A stretch of 64,000 nucleotides of DNA from Amoebophrya sp. A120 (lineage: Eukaryota > Protista > Dinoflagellata), in the NCBI GenBank assembly GCA_905178155.1, contig CAJINV010000021.1, positions 106,106-170,105 on the forward strand, given 5' to 3'. The notes beneath the pieces were generated by a model. That model made no database searches, was not told where the DNA came from, and saw nothing but the letters and a program-made list of their open reading frames with translations. Below are positions 48,301 through 58,669 of this stretch, piece after piece (position 1 is the stretch's first letter; each line of letters opens with the position of its first letter). The position numbers were made by a program, and so were the translations under genes.

Positions 48301-51300
48301 CTGGAAAAAATAACAAGCATCATCACCTACTACATGTCGTGAAAGATAACCTCGTCTGCATTCTTCGCAAATTGCAAACCAGAATTCTGAGCCCCTTCCG
48401 CCTCTACTCCTCCCAGCTGGACCAGCTGCTCATTGCGCTAGTAGAGGAGGAAAAGGAGGTGATTCTCACGCGCTCCGAGACCATGATCGAGAGCTACTTT
48501 CTCCGAGAGGTCCGGGAGGGGTTTCCAACGACTGTGGTAGAATGTGCGACGAGTTCTACTTCCGATTCTGAGGAATTGTGCGACTCGTCCCAAGAAGTCT
48601 CGGCAACTACGGGCCACCACCAGCTGGGGACCACGAACAGCTGCACAGAAATGGTCACGACAAAGCACTGTTTCACGGATTTACTGCGGATTCTCTGCAC
48701 TGCGCACGTGACGTCGAGCGACGGTGTTGCGGCAAGTGAGGTCGGGTTTATCAACTGCAAAAATGTCTGGGTCTGGAAGAGTGTAGACTTGTCATGCAGA
48801 TTCTCCATGACCCATGAGCTCTGGAATGCGGGACTTAGCATGACAGACTCTGCGAGGTCTCTGCCATGCCTATTCTGCATGAGAAACTCCGTTATAACTT
48901 GGTCAAAAGTGCACGGCTTTTGGCACTCATGCAACACAGATTTTTGCATGCTTCCGATTTACCATGACAAGTTGCAATATTCCAGACCCAGACATTTTTG
49001 CAATTCATAGGGTTCCAATATCTGCAACGGAGCATTCGACTGTACCTCGACTTGCTGAGGCAGTGGACTCTCCACTTTCATAAGGCCCCGAAGGTGTACT
49101 TCCGACATGTGACCGCCGAGATGAACAAGTGCAGTTCTGTGGTGCCTGAATCTGGCCGCACAGGCGGGCCGGCTATTACAAATTCGAGAAGCAACCATAA
49201 CCGACTCGCCGTTACATCATCAGCAGCAGCCGCAAGTACTTCTAGTACACTACCCGCGATCCGAGAAAATAACAACCCCGACAGTTCTTGTGCGAGGATA
49301 CAACAGGATGGCGAAAAATCCCATCAATCTTCACCCCGCTCCTCGGTCAGCTTTGCGACATTGGGGGTCAGGTACGGATCCGGGACTTACGAATGCTCCT
49401 CCCCCGGGAGAGACCCGTTTTCGTTCTTCGAAGAGGCTGTGAAGATGGCGGCTAGTACAGGCTCCGGTATTAACAAGATGAATCCCGGCGGACAATCTTG
49501 TACAACTGCCAGTACGACTTCTACTACTGCCACGACGTCACCTGTGGAACCTGATGTCTGTGCTTCGCCTTGCAGCTCCACGACCAGCGAGGCTTCGAAT
49601 TTGTCGTCTGCTGCTGGTTGTACAACTACTGGTTCACTTTCATCAAACCCCAGTTGTTCTAATATCGTCTTGGGAAATGTTTGCGCTGGCTTCGAGAGCC
49701 GGGCACTGTACCTGACTGCGGTGATGAATTCCGTCTTGCCGCGGTTGCAGGAAGCCCGGCTCGAGTGGGCATTCGCGAAAAAGGAAATGCTCAGACAGGA
49801 GATGGGTGATGCGGCGGGGAGAGTGATATTTGCGGCTGGGTCGTCGAGTAATATCGCGGGAGAGAGGACCACGACCAGCTCGTGGTCCGGAAGTTCTTTT
49901 AGTCGGGATAGTAAGGCAGGCGGCGCAACAGCTTCTACTTCGACTGACAAGGGGACTGTGAGGAGAATTATTCCGGCGTACGACAGAAGTGATCTGCAGG
50001 AGATGAATTCCATTTCCACCTCCGGACGTATAGTGAGGAGCAACAGTGTAGAAGATATCAGTGAAGTAATCTCGTCGTCGCAAGATCATGACAAGTATGC
50101 GGACGATCCCTTTATCACGTGGGCGGATAACTCGAACTTCCTCCGCCCCGCCAAGGAATTCGCGACGGATCTGCAGCATTTGGCGGCGTGGGCTCTGACC
50201 AGCGAAATCACGTTTAATTTGCGGCGGAGAACGGCCGATGAGTTGCAGAAGTTCATCTTTGCAGGGTCGGGCGAAGATTTGGCGCAGGTACTAGTGGGGT
50301 GTTCTACTACTTCGGCTGGGCAACAAAAATTGACTGCGGCATCCGGAGGTGGACGAAGTGGCACAGAGGAGGATTTTTGTGCATTAACAAGCTCCAGCTG
50401 CACATCGTCGTCCTGCTCCCCCTCATCCTCCTCTACTTCACCCTTGGTAGCAGTCCAACCACTCAACCCCGCCTGCACACTCGGCTTCGCGCTGCGGCAG
50501 CTGCGTTTTAAACTCTCCGAGGAGAACTTCGAGGAAGTTCTCGCTCCAAAGGTGAGGCGGGTTATCTACGCGGTAGTCATCCGGCAATTACTCCTAGACG
50601 GCGTTTCGAGCACGATCCGCGGGTGCAAAACACGGAACGACGTCCGGGAAAAACTTTCGCAGCTGCAGAAAAAGTTGGCGTTTTGTCTGCAGCCACTGGA
50701 TTACCGCCGAAGCAGCAGTCGGTGTAGCAAAACGCAGGAATCTAGTACTTGTTCTCGCGACGGAGACGAAGTTGAGGAGAAAGCGCATGTAAAAGCTGGC
50801 TCAGCTGCAGGTGGACATCATCAAGTGAGGACAGAAGATGCTGCTGCAGTCAGTACTTCTTCTGGTTGTGAAGACGCTGTGCGGCGCATGTTGAAGCGGA
50901 AACGAAGGCGAAAGACGATTTCTGTTGCAGAGCAGGACCATCGCCCGTCGTTTCAACAGCCAGTCGAACTGCCACTGAAGGATTTTTCGTTTTCCAACCT
51001 GATTGAAGGAGATCATGTTGGTGGTGAAGAAAAAATCGGCACGAGTCAGCACGACTACAGTACCACATCAACGCCCCACGGCAGCAGGAGCGCACCTCCA
51101 ACGCCTCACAATACTAACTGCGTCGGCGCGCCGGACGACAGATTTTTTTCCGAAATCCAAGTTTTGTTGGAGGAACTCGAAAGAACGACAAGCAGCTCTC
51201 AACAAACCACTCCGCGAAGCAGTGGTCCGGATATAATTGATTCGCGCTTCCACAACATCCACACCTTTATCCTTCGCCACGCAATCCCGGAGTCTTTTGT

Positions 51301-52669
51301 GGACGGGTTGGCTAGAGTTCTGCTTTTGTCACGATCCGAACGCCACCAGCTCGTCGCGGAGTGTAAAAATGGGTATATCAGAAGAAGACGAACAGCTGGA
51401 AGTAGCACCAAAGCGGACCGACAGGAACAAACAGGAACATCAAGTGCGACGAGTTGTACAAGTGATCTGTCCTCAGGTGCTCTGATTTTCGAGCATCTCT
51501 TTCGCCCGTTGCCTATTGAGGAACTGGTCACGCTAGATCGGGTGGAGGAGGAAAGGGATGACAAGCCGCCGTATGAACTACACTCCGCTTTAGTTGCAGC
51601 TGGAGGCACCGAACTACAAACTTTTCTCGAAGGTGACGGCAACACGGAGCGAAAACAAGGAGTCCACTCCTGCGCTTCCCGTCCCCTAGTTTCGATCCTC
51701 CAAAAAACAAAAAGCGGCTGTTCCGCTTCACCAGGTAGACGAAGCGAAGGCTACGAGTTGTCGACATCCTTTGTATTCCGGAGGAGGATCGAAGTGGAAA
51801 GAGATGGTGCAGAGCATCAGAAAACCTACCTCCGCCTTCTTGACGACGATCCAGATGTGAGTTGTTGGCGTGAAGTGCGGCGACACGAAGCTTTAAGTCC
51901 TTGTGTCTCGAAGGTTGAGGTGGTTTCTTGCACTGGCGCGGCACTGCCACTGCCCGCGAGCGAACTACACGTCGACCAGGTAGCTGTAGCAGGAGAAGAA
52001 GATGAGAGCAGCACAACAACTCCGGAAGTAGGTGCAGCAGCAGTTTCAAATCAGCCTGTTTCGGTTCCGCCCGGTGCGAGTCCGGTGACCTGGCTGATTC
52101 ATTTTCCGACTCCCGCCGCGAGGGAGGAGTTTTTTGCTGGGCGGCAATTATCCCGCTCGTCTAATATCTCCGAGGGCCGCGGCGAAGGAGGTTTGAATAG
52201 GGGGCCCGTGGCTGCACCGACTACTGCAAAAATGAGGACTTCTTCATTCAGGAGTACAGGAGCAGGAGACTATGTCGCTCTCAAGAGTAGAACAAGCGCT
52301 CGACTGCTGGAACCACTGGCCACGACAACTACAGATGTTGGCGATTCATCAGAATCGAGAGGAACACCAGCTGCAAAGGCAACATCACACGAGCTCCCCC
52401 ACCTGGACTTTCGGGACCTTTTCTCGTTGAAATCGAACGCGGACGAACGTGAGCTGGGATCAGGAGGAGATTATGGATCTTCGCGCGCAGGAGCCCCAGC
52501 CGCGGGAGGTGGCCGTTCGAAAGAACCGCCTGTAGTTTTCTCGAAGATGAGCAGTAAGATGATGCTAAAAGATCGGTTGATCCGCGAGATTGTTTCTGAC
52601 GTCGAAAGCAAACTCGATAAAGATCTCGGCCCGAGGAAGCGCGATATGCTGCTTGGGAGGACGTATTGA
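42366..52669 (+). CDS. Giant hypothetical protein (~3250 aa); exons 42366-47452, 47720-48748, 49015-52669; possible PH-like segments and a helical exocyst Sec6-like region; start unresolved
   Basis: Three long ORFs become one frame after removing two F1 elements (WLPT-VFLRYGG; SEVGF-QYLQRSIR). Domain suggestions are by eye only. Confidence 0.7.
47453..47714 (+). mobile_element. Introner/MITE family F1, copy 3 (262 bp)
   Basis: TIR tatcaaatgcaaaaatgtctgggtctggaa / ttccagacgcagacatttttacatttcata. Direct repeat CCCAC. Frame restored on removal. Confidence 0.95.
48749..49009 (-). mobile_element. Introner/MITE family F1, copy 4 (261 bp), inverted relative to copies 1-3
   Basis: TIR tatcaactgcaaaaatgtctgggtctggaa / ttccagacccagacatttttgcaattcata. 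Direct repeat GGGTT. The interior matches copy 1 on the minus strand (ESVMLSPAFQSSWVMENLHD vs ESVMLCPTYQTSWVMENLHD in conceptual translation). Confidence 0.95.
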
Positions 52670-53792
52670 CAGATCTTCAGTGGAGGTAGGCGTATGCGTA
52701 TGTCTACTGTGCAACAATCTCTGTGCGTGGTACTACTACACGTGAAGAACAAAAAGAACAAAGTGAAATAGGAAATCTAACAGTGAGCAAGAACCAGTGT
52801 GCGTGTGTTCCGCCGGCACCACAAGAAAACAAGAACCAAAACGATGATCATAAATAACTAGGACCGAGAAATTCCGCAAAGAAATGATCCAGCACTTGGA
52901 ACTGACTCACCTACAGAACCGGCATCAGAAATTCGGTCAAAAATAATTACATTCACTTCCCGAAGATTACATCTGTCTTCCGAAACAAATTTAGGTCTGA
53001 CGATGAAGAATTTGAATTTCACCCCTGTAGCGGAGCTACTTCTGTCTACCTCTAACTAGAAGAAGAAAGAAAGCATCGCAATGTCAGTGGTTCGGAAATT
53101 TTCCTTTTACGGCAAGAAAAAGTTAGTGGTCGCTCGGTGGTACGCGCTTCGATGTTGTCTGCAATAAATGAAATTTCTGCCCCAGTGACCTGTTGAGGTT
53201 GTGCGACGAAGATATTTACTAGAAAGACGCTTTTTCTTTCGCGAAAAGTTTTCGTACTCAGCATCATACTAGTCATGATTCATCATCATATCGTATGTTA
53301 ACTTAGATTTACCTTAGACGTTACACATTCATAATAGTTACAAAGGCCTTTGCCTTGTATCGTAGAAAGGCGGTTGGGGTTGCTTTTCTACTACTTTTGT
53401 CGAAAAGTATTCCTTTTCTAGCACCAGGCATTGTATTTTGTACGGCACACGCCCAGCTCAGTCGTGTTCATTTTCAACCAATCTTCAGCACGAAATTGAA
53501 AACGAAGCAAGACGTAGAGCAAATATACTGGCACTTTATCGCCCTATTTTACGGCAGTATCCAATTCCAACTCGTGGGGGAACTACCAATCTACGTGGAA
53601 CTTCGATTTCCATTTTGTCACTTGTTACTCGCGCTAGGCAGTATCTATGTACCTACGACGCAAAGTAACGCAACCTATATGTTCTTCTAGACCCCAAAGC
53701 AACTCCTGACTAAGCTACCCCAGAAATATTATTTGACAACAATTTGTAACAAAATTTCTTGAAACTGAAATAGTTGAATCCCTACGAATATA

Positions 53793-56700
53793 ATGTCAAA
53801 AACTTCCTCGACTATCGGCCCCGTTCCCACGTATACCGCATTCGCCGCGCCGTCGGATTTTCCCGCCCTGGATGTTGGCGCGACTAGCACTACGGGAAAC
53901 AGACAGAACAAGCGCCGGGGCGGTGGGGGCGGTGGGACGGCAACGTCGTCGAGTAAGGGTGGGGGGAAGCACTGGCGGGTAATGCAAAGACCACCGGTTA
54001 CTTCGAAGGAGCAGAAGGAAACGACCACTTCTACAGCAACGTACGTTATGTCTTCGCAGACGGATAGTCTTCATCTACTTGAAGGTCCTACAACTTCCGG
54101 AGGTCCAACGAGCACGGGCTATCACCCGACGGCCAGAGCTGCTGCTGCATCTGGCGGAACCGCAAATAATGGTAGAAGAAATAAAAACCGTGTGGGTCCC
54201 GCACCGCTAGTGGATGAACTCGAGCCTGGTATTAAAAATGGTAATGGAACAAGTAGTAGACCACAAGCCCAACAAAGAACGCCGCCAACGACAGCATCCT
54301 CGTCCTCTTCTCGCGAGATAACGAACTCCGGTGCAGCTCCTGGTGGACCATTACAGTCACAGCCTCGGTTCGACAGTGCGGCGGAGAAAAGTTACCTGGA
54401 GTTGCAGGGCCAAGAAGAAAATCTTATCCCAGGAACTACAGGAGATGACATGCAGCGGCGGCCCCGGAACAACCGGCAAAATAAACCGGGGAGACGGGAC
54501 CGGATGCGCATGCGCGAGGAGCGGGAGAGACAGGAACAAGGACAACAACTACATCAAGTGCCGTCAACATCTACAACTTCGGGCATCATGTTTAAGGAAG
54601 TTCCCTTTAGCGAGGAGCAGGAGGAACTGCGGCAAAGGCGGCAGGACGAAGAGCTGATCGTCCTCGATGGTGGCGGGGGCTCCAAGCGGAGCAATTACAC
54701 GCCGAGAAGCAAGAAATTGGAGCAGGCCGACGCCGGTTTGTACAATGCATTTGCGACTTCTGCCATGGAGGAGCGGAGAGTCGGGAGCGTAGGTGTAGAG
54801 AATGATAAAGCAGGGGCCTCGGCACTATCGGCTAGGAGCAGAAGAAGAGGAGAACTACCGAAAGAGCCACCAGCAGCATCATCTACTCCTGCCACATCAA
54901 AACAACTACACCCCCGACGAGGAGATGATACAGACAGAGAAGTGCTAGATGACCTTCCTGTCGTCCCGGTAAATGAAATAAAGGAAACCAAAAATGTTGA
55001 CAAAGACGACAGCGCACCTCCACTTCTAGCCTCCTCCCCCGCGGGCGCGAAGCCGAAACTGCGGCCGAAAAAGAAGAAGCCGGACGAGATTGACGTACAG
55101 AAGGAGCATTTGCGACGGCTAGCCAAGTTCAAAACCGAGTTCGTAAAGGAACTACGCACCGAGCAGTTTCGCAAGAGGCAGTTCCTGGACAGGCCGCTTG
55201 CGGAACAACAAGAAGACGATCAGGAGAGAGACGAAGCAGATATCAACTACTTCGAAGAAAAAGCGCGGGTGGAAAACTACTTGCAAACCCTGGCGAAAAA
55301 GCAGGAGTTGCAGCCGAACCGGAAGCAAGCCATGAACTTGGCGTTTCGACGGATCCAGCAGGCCACCGAGGAGCTGTTCGGCGACAAGGCCACGGTGGAG
55401 CTCTTCGGCTCCGTGGTGAATGGATGCGCGACAAACGCAAGTGATTACGATTGCGGCATAAGGTTCGTGGAAAACGAAAAGACCCTGAAGGAATTGCTCC
55501 GAGCGGAGGATTTGAGTACTCCTTGTTCTAGACTGTTTTTTAGGTCGTGCACGATTTTGATGCTTAGAAAAAAAGACGTAGTACTAGCTAGTCCTTCTAG
55601 TTCTATCTTGATTCACACAGAAGTTCTGAAAATAAATTATCGTGATTTTTTACACGACCTGCTCAAGGGAGGTCGTGCTACTTACTCTCGCTGAAAATAA
55701 ATCAGAAGAGAAATTTCCAGATCCAGAAAAATGAAACCCCACGTACAATTTTTCCAGGTTACGCCACGTCCGGCGGGCGTCGGGTTCGCGCGGGCAACGA
55801 GCTGTCTGTGGCGGCGTTGCGGAAGATCCAGAAGCACATGCAGAAGGACGAGAAGTGCAAGAGGACGACCCTGATCGAGGGCGCGAAGGTGCCCATTCTG
55901 CAGCTGGAGTTTTTTCCGAAGGAGGAGAAGTTCAAGCCGAGTTGCTTCGACATTTCGATCACCACCAAGATGTGGACGTACGACAACAGCCGGCTTTTGT
56001 ACTTGTACCTGCACCTGCAACCCAACCGGATCATCCGGCACTTGGCGGTGCTGGTGAAGCAGTACGTGAAGGAACGGAACCTGGGGTCCGCGAAGGAATC
56101 GATGCTGAGCTCCTACAGCTACCTGCTCCTGCTCATCCACTACTTGCAGGTGCTGGACTACCTCCCGGGGCTGCAGGACCCCTCGCTCATCTGCCACAGC
56201 TGGGACGAGAATTATGGCGGCACGGCGGGCACCTCCAAAACGACCCCCGAACCGGTCGTGTACGAGCACCACTACGATGAGGAAACGGGGGAGTTGCGGC
56301 GCACGCGGTCCAACCCCCCGCCGCAGCTTTCCAAGGCGGGCGTCCACTACGGCGAAACGTACCGGTTCTTCGACTACGAACGGGCGTGGGACGAGAAGAA
56401 CAACCCGCAGATCGACGACCGCCTGCTGTCCACGACGGAAAGGGTGCTCGCGAAGGGGAAAAAGGCCCGGCCGGTGAACCGGACCGGGGCGGACTTCGTG
56501 ACGGAGTTCCACCTGCAGCGGGTGGACAAGGACGGAGGCCCGGATCTGATGACGCTGTTCAAGGGCTTCCTGAAGTACTACGCCGAGGTGTGGCGGACGG
56601 GGACGAGCGTGCTCACCAAGTCCATGGTCTCCGTCAAGGCGGTCCGGATAAAAGACGAATTCGTGCATTACTACTACGATCACGGAAGTAGACCTAGAAG

Positions 56701-58170
56701 TGGCAGTGGGACAGCAGGAGGAGTCGCGGAGCCGGCGAGTGCGGAAGGTCGTGCGGCCGCGACGGTCGACGTGTCGACGGCAGCAGTAGAGGAGGACGGT
56801 TCTGGTGATCTTGGAAAAAACGGAAAAGCAGGGGGGAAAATATTGACAAAAAACGGAGAAGATCCAGCTTCTTGGGACGACGAGCCACCAGAGGTGAAGG
56901 AAGACCTGCCGCAGCAGGAGAACCCCGATTTATTTTCGAGCGTCAGCAACATCAATTAAGGCTCAAAAAAATCCATCCGCTCAACGGCTCCCAAAATGTT
57001 TGAAGCCTGGCCAGAAAAAAGGCATCTGCGCAAGAAGACACGCGCAGCAGTTTGTGACGCTCGGCTCCGTGAGCGCGTTCGCGCTGCAAAGTAGCGATTT
57101 GATTTTTTGAACCTTTTTGCGGACCTTCATTTGTGATCGTGCGCCTTTCGGGGCGGAAAAGGAGCTGGGAGCGTTTTATCATCGTTTCCCGCTCTTTCGC
57201 AACACTCTGTGACTTGCAGAGCTTGCAAATTTCTTTCAAACTTCAGTTGAAGTTCAAATTTGACTTGAAGCTTTAAGTCAAATTTGAGCTTCAGCTGAAG
57301 TTTGAAAGAATTGAACTAGTCCCACAAGTGGGTCCAACAAACAAATTTCCAATAGGATTCGGCGTTTTCCGGACTTCTGTCGGACACCGCTGAAGGAGTA
57401 GAGCAAACAAATTTGCGCAGAAAATTGAATACCTGCAAATGTACGCGAAACGGTGAAAGGTAGGAAAAGGCTGTCAAAATGGTCGCAGCTCGTGTTTTTT
57501 GATGCTCGACGGGGGGCGCTTTACAAACTACAGCCACAGCATCGGCGACGGCATGCAAAGTGAAGCTGTGATATGAGTACGGTCTCGCCAACCGCATTGC
57601 AACAGCTCGCGCACACAGATCGCGCAAAGTGCTTGGCTTTGCTCCTCGAATGCGAAGCGGGGCCCTATCGACTTTTCATCCCTTGCAAGAATTACTTCAG
57701 CAAACATTTTGGGAACCGGGCTCGGAATGGATTTTTTTCACCCCTAAATCAAGACATCAAATCCAGGAAGAAAAGCTGCAGATGAAGAAGTAGAAGACCA
57801 AGAAGAAAAACAGCCCGCTGGTCTCGAGGACTCCGCGACCGCCGCCGCCGCGGACGAGATGTACCGCGCGAAGCTGATGGTGCAGATGCGGGACCCGCGA
57901 GAGCTGGAGAAACTGCTGCTGAACCAGCCGGGGCTCGTGAATTTGGAACATGTCGAGCGGGACTTTTGTCCGAAAAAATCACGGCAAAACGACTGGTACT
58001 TCATGATCGAGGACCCCATCCAACCAGACCGGTTTCTGGGCCTCAACCGCGACAACCACGAGTGGTGGACCTGGATGCTGGGGGACGACCTGCGCGAACT
58101 CTCGCGGAAAGACCTGCAGCTGAGGCACGTCGAAAAAATCTTCGGACGCAAACTGGAGGACATACACTGA
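53793..58170 (+). CDS. Non-canonical poly(A)/poly(U) polymerase (Cid1/GLD-2/TUTase family), ~1112 aa; exons 53793-55515, 55758-56955, 57753-58170
   Basis: Pol-beta NTase motif LFGSVVNGCATNASDYD, AKVPIL, FDISI, LSSYSYLLLLIHYLQ, LFKGFLKYYA and C-terminal MIEDPI motif. GT-AG intron 55516-55757 and one TIR intron. Confidence 0.88.
56956..57747. mobile_element. Large introner/MITE (792 bp) with TTA(A/G)GG termini, non-canonical intron
   Basis: Imperfect ~46-bp TIR ttaaggctcaaaaaaatccatccgctcaacggctcccaaaatgtttg / caaacattttgggaaccgggctcggaatggatttttttcacccctaa. Direct repeat ATCAA. Removal gives SVSNIK-TSNPGRKAADEEV. Confidence 0.9.
57231..57310. repeat. 80-bp near-perfect palindrome inside the 792-bp element
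   Basis: ttctttcaaacttcagttgaagttcaaatttgacttgaag|ctttaagtcaaatttgagcttcagctgaagtttgaaagaa: 40-bp arms with 3 mismatches. Confidence 0.9.
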
Positions 58171-58669
58171 AAATCGAATCACCTTGTTGATGCCGTGCTT
58201 CATCTGCGTGGGAACGTGGACGAGGAACAAGCGGCCTAAATGTCTTCTGTGCCGTCGGCCGTTGCTGCGGGGACAAGGTGGTGCTGGATGTAGTCGAAAG
58301 TGATGTGATTGGTTTTGCACTTGTTGTTGTCCGAGTCGTGATAGAAAGTGGCTCATTGCTTTCCATATTCTTGCAATGATGGACGAGAAAGAAAAGTAGT
58401 GGCGCGAACTGCGATGAACACCAAGTAGAACCCGCATCATGGAATCGGCAAGAATAAGGTGTGTCAAATTCACTTTCACACACAGAAATTGGCGCTATTT
58501 GTGTCGTCCTAGCAAGAACGGCTGCAGCAGTCCTCAAGATGCCACTGCCAGCAATTTTATCGACGAAGGCGATGATGTCGTCGTGTTACCACTAAGAGCG
58601 TGCGCGTCCGTTTATTTTCCGTACTTCTCGAAGTGCAGACTCTGTGCGCCAATTATCACAGCTCTGAAG

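Noticed and set aside
9889-49009. Repeated short peptides in the ORF track (AKMSGSGK, CKNVWVWK, FQTQTFLH, PDPDIFTFD) as a protein family
   Set aside because: These are conceptual translations of the F1 TIRs, appearing in different frames and strands; not coding.
57741-57748. CCCCTAAA terminus as a telomere-bearing element
   Set aside because: Single unit only, and the other end reads TTAAGGC; insufficient support.
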